43,759 bases of DNA, taken from IMG/VR virus record IMGVR_UViG_3300016263_000854, positions 1-43,759 of that record; one strand, 5' to 3'. The notes beneath the pieces were generated by a model. The model saw only the letters and a program-made list of their open reading frames with translations, did not search any database and had not been told where the DNA came from. Positions 41,745 to 43,759 of the stretch are shown piece after piece. The position numbers and the translations under genes were made by a program. The stretch comes from a virus (taxonomy: Duplodnaviria; Caudoviricetes). How positions within the stretch are numbered: the stretch's first letter is position 1; each line of letters starts with the position of its first letter.

Positions 41745-42326
41745 TCAGACCCGCGCCAAAGTGACGCGCTCGGGTTGGTTTTGGTATTTGCCGGAGCGGT
41801 GTTCGTAGGAGACGGCGCAAGGCTCACCTTCAAAGAACAGGGCCTGGACGATGCCCTCGTTGGCGTAGATGCGGCAGTCAGCGCCCGAGGAGTTGCTGAA
41901 CTCCAAGGTCAGATGGCCCTTCCAACCAGCTTCCCCTGGGGTGGTGTTGGCGATCACCCCCATGCGGGCGTAGGTGCTTTTGCCAATGAACAGGCAGGTA
42001 ATGCTGGTGGGGATGTCGAGGTACTCCATGGCGACCCCGAGGCCGTAGCTGTGGCCGGGGAGGATGAAGTAGCTGCCGCGCTCATCCTCGTGCAGAGCGA
42101 CAGACTCCAAGTTGGCGGGGTTGAAGTCCTTGGGGTCCATCACGGTGCCGGGCACATGACGGAACACCAAGAACTCAGAGGGTGAGAGGCGTAGGTCGTA
42201 GCCGTAGGAGCTGCAGCCGTAGCTGAGCACCTTCCGCTCATCCACTTGACGGATCAATGAGGGCTCAAAGGGTTGGATCATGCCGCCCGCAGCGCGGACG
42301 CGAATCCATACGTCGTTCTTCAGCAT
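41745..42326 (-). CDS. dcd: dCTP deaminase
   Basis: SYG.SSYGYDLRL, GKSTYAR.G, TP.EAGW.G.LTLE, YANEG and GKYQ.Q. Confidence 0.95.
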   Translation of the reverse strand: MLKNDVWIRVRAAGGMIQPFEPSLIRQVDERKVLSYGCSSYGYDLRLSPSEFLVFRHVPGTVMDPKDFNPANLESVALHEDERGSYFILPGHSYGLGVAMEYLDIPTSITCLFIGKSTYARMGVIANTTPGEAGWKGHLTLEFSNSSGADCRIYANEGIVQALFFEGEPCAVSYEHRSGKYQNQPERVTLARV

Positions 42327-42344
42327 TGGGTTGAGAGTTTTGGG

Positions 42345-43759
42345 TTACTTGGCCTGGCCCCATGACTTCGCCACGGAGCCCTCGCCAACCATGTCCACCG
42401 AGTCGCCAATGATGAGGCGACCCGCCAGCAGCAGTTGTTGCTGCATCATTTGCAGCACCTCCTCACCGCTGCCTTCAGGGGCCTCGACGATCAATTCATC
42501 GTGGACTTGGGCGACAAGCCGGGCTCCTTTGGGAAGCCGCGGCCATATACCGACCATGGCTTGCTTGACGATGGAGGCGGCGGTGCCCTGAACGATGTTG
42601 TTGAGGAGGACGGTGGGTCGAGCCATGTCGTTGACGAGCCACCTGCGGCGACCGTCAACCATCCGCACCTCGCCCTTCTCCACCTCACGTTTGGCCCAAG
42701 CGTGCCACTTAGCCATGCCGGGATAGGCGTTTAGCCAAGCGTTGCGGAAGTCCTTGGCCTCGTCTTCCGTGATGAAGTTGCCAAAGCTGGCAAAGTATTC
42801 CTTGAGGCCAGGGGCACCTGATCCGTAGAGCAAACCAAAGTTGCAGCTCTTTGCCCGCTGGCGTTGCTCCTTACCCACCTCCTCAATAGGGATGTGGAAG
42901 ATCAGGTGGCCAGTGAGTGTGTGGAGGTCGGTCTGATCACGCAGGGCGGTTTGCATGATCGTTTCGTCGGCAATGGGCTCTGAGCAGGCGACCCCCATCT
43001 CCATATTCTTCACGTCCATCACCACCAGCTCGTGGCCATCAGCGGCAACGAAGCAGTCCCGGATGTAGGACTCCCGAGGCACCTGCTGCAGGTTTGGAGA
43101 TGAGCAGGAAAAGCGCCCCGTACCCGTCTGGAGGGGTGCGAAGCGGGCGTGAATCCTGCCGTCGCCCTCGATGTTCTTGTCCAGCCACGACTGGATCATC
43201 GAGCGACGTTTCTCAGCCCGCTTGTAGGCCAGAAGGCTGAACACCACTGGGTTGTCAGCCAAGGGCCGCAGGATCTTTTTGTCGGTGGTGAGCTTGTCTG
43301 TCTTGGGGTCTCTGGGATCGAGGCCAATGGAAACCAAGTGACCGAGCACCTGCGTGGGGCTATTGATGTTGAAGCCCGCGGGGCGCCCACCGTCCCGCTT
43401 GGGTTCCTTCTTCGCACGAAGGTTGTAGCTGCCGTCGTCATCACGAGGTAGGCCGTCACCGTGGAGTTCCCGCAGTTGGGAATCGAGCAGCTCCAAGAAC
43501 TCGCCCTTACTGGCGCCGATCTCCTCCTCAAGCTGGGCAATGGCGGTGTGGGCCTGCTGCTGATCCACCAACATGCCGGTGTGCTCCATCTCCACGACGG
43601 AGGGAATGAGAGAGCACTCCAGGTCGTAGACCCGTTGGAGGCCGGCGTTTTTGATCTCGGCTTGCTGCTCCAGCCACGCCTGCCAAGTGACGCGCACGTC
43701 GCCCATGGCGTACTCAAGGTCGGCCTCGTTCAGCTCGGCGCTCATCCAGTCCTGCTTCT
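42345..43759 (-). CDS. polA: Family A DNA polymerase, ExoIII plus polymerase domain (about 602 aa together with 416..1)
   Basis: YAMGDV, TGRFSCSSPNLQQVPR, motif B RAKSCNFGLLYG, QGTAA and motif C VHDE. Confidence 0.95.
   Translation of the reverse strand, partial: KQDWMSAELNEADLEYAMGDVRVTWQAWLEQQAEIKNAGLQRVYDLECSLIPSVVEMEHTGMLVDQQQAHTAIAQLEEEIGASKGEFLELLDSQLRELHGDGLPRDDDGSYNLRAKKEPKRDGGRPAGFNINSPTQVLGHLVSIGLDPRDPKTDKLTTDKKILRPLADNPVVFSLLAYKRAEKRRSMIQSWLDKNIEGDGRIHARFAPLQTGTGRFSCSSPNLQQVPRESYIRDCFVAADGHELVVMDVKNMEMGVACSEPIADETIMQTALRDQTDLHTLTGHLIFHIPIEEVGKEQRQRAKSCNFGLLYGSGAPGLKEYFASFGNFITEDEAKDFRNAWLNAYPGMAKWHAWAKREVEKGEVRMVDGRRRWLVNDMARPTVLLNNIVQGTAASIVKQAMVGIWPRLPKGARLVAQVHDELIVEAPEGSGEEVLQMMQQQLLLAGRLIIGDSVDMVGEGSVAKSWGQAK
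43738..43759. repeat. Terminal overlap copy of 1-22
   Basis: Identical 22-mer. Confidence 0.95.

Noticed and set aside
43738-43759. 22-bp terminal repeat as a biological direct terminal repeat or att site
   Set aside because: It lies mid-polA with the reading frame continuous across it, which is typical of assembler overlap on a circular contig.
41745-43759. Modified-base (Z, dU, deazaguanine) genome pathway
   Set aside because: No purZ, queuosine-pathway or thymidylate-modification genes were seen. dcd alone is a common nucleotide-supply gene.

Overview
The window appears to be one complete, circularly assembled genome of a temperate-like tailed phage (siphovirus architecture), most likely infecting picocyanobacteria. 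Bases 1-22 equal 43738-43759, and a family A DNA polymerase reads through that join. The host is inferred from the cyanobacterial-type dCTP deaminase, the group-2-like RpoD sigma, a SigF-like sigma fragment and small ORF families typical of cyanophages. Modules: (1) replication and nucleotide genes (PolA, dcd, N4C/N6A methyltransferase, prim-pol/helicase followed by an AT-rich iteron origin, SSB, PD-(D/E)XK exonuclease, HNH-AP2); (2) an early accessory block at 9.1-12.4 kb with an ArdA-like protein, repeat-punctuated small genes and two TerS-like paralogues; (3) packaging and head genes; (4) a rearranged tail module with a displaced G/GT frameshifting chaperone; (5) tail fibres, lysis, a sigma factor and a short tyrosine recombinase. 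The most unusual signals are: a compositionally foreign tail-fibre gene bracketed by matching AGTG-N4-CGACT-N-CCG sites behind an orphan fibre N-terminus, suggesting a recombinase-driven receptor cassette system; a region-4-less sigma together with about 13 copies of a GG(C/A)AA..TAG late-gene motif; C-rich start-associated repeats with G-quadruplex potential; and two further regulatory motif families. All functional calls come from motif recognition by eye. No database searches were run.
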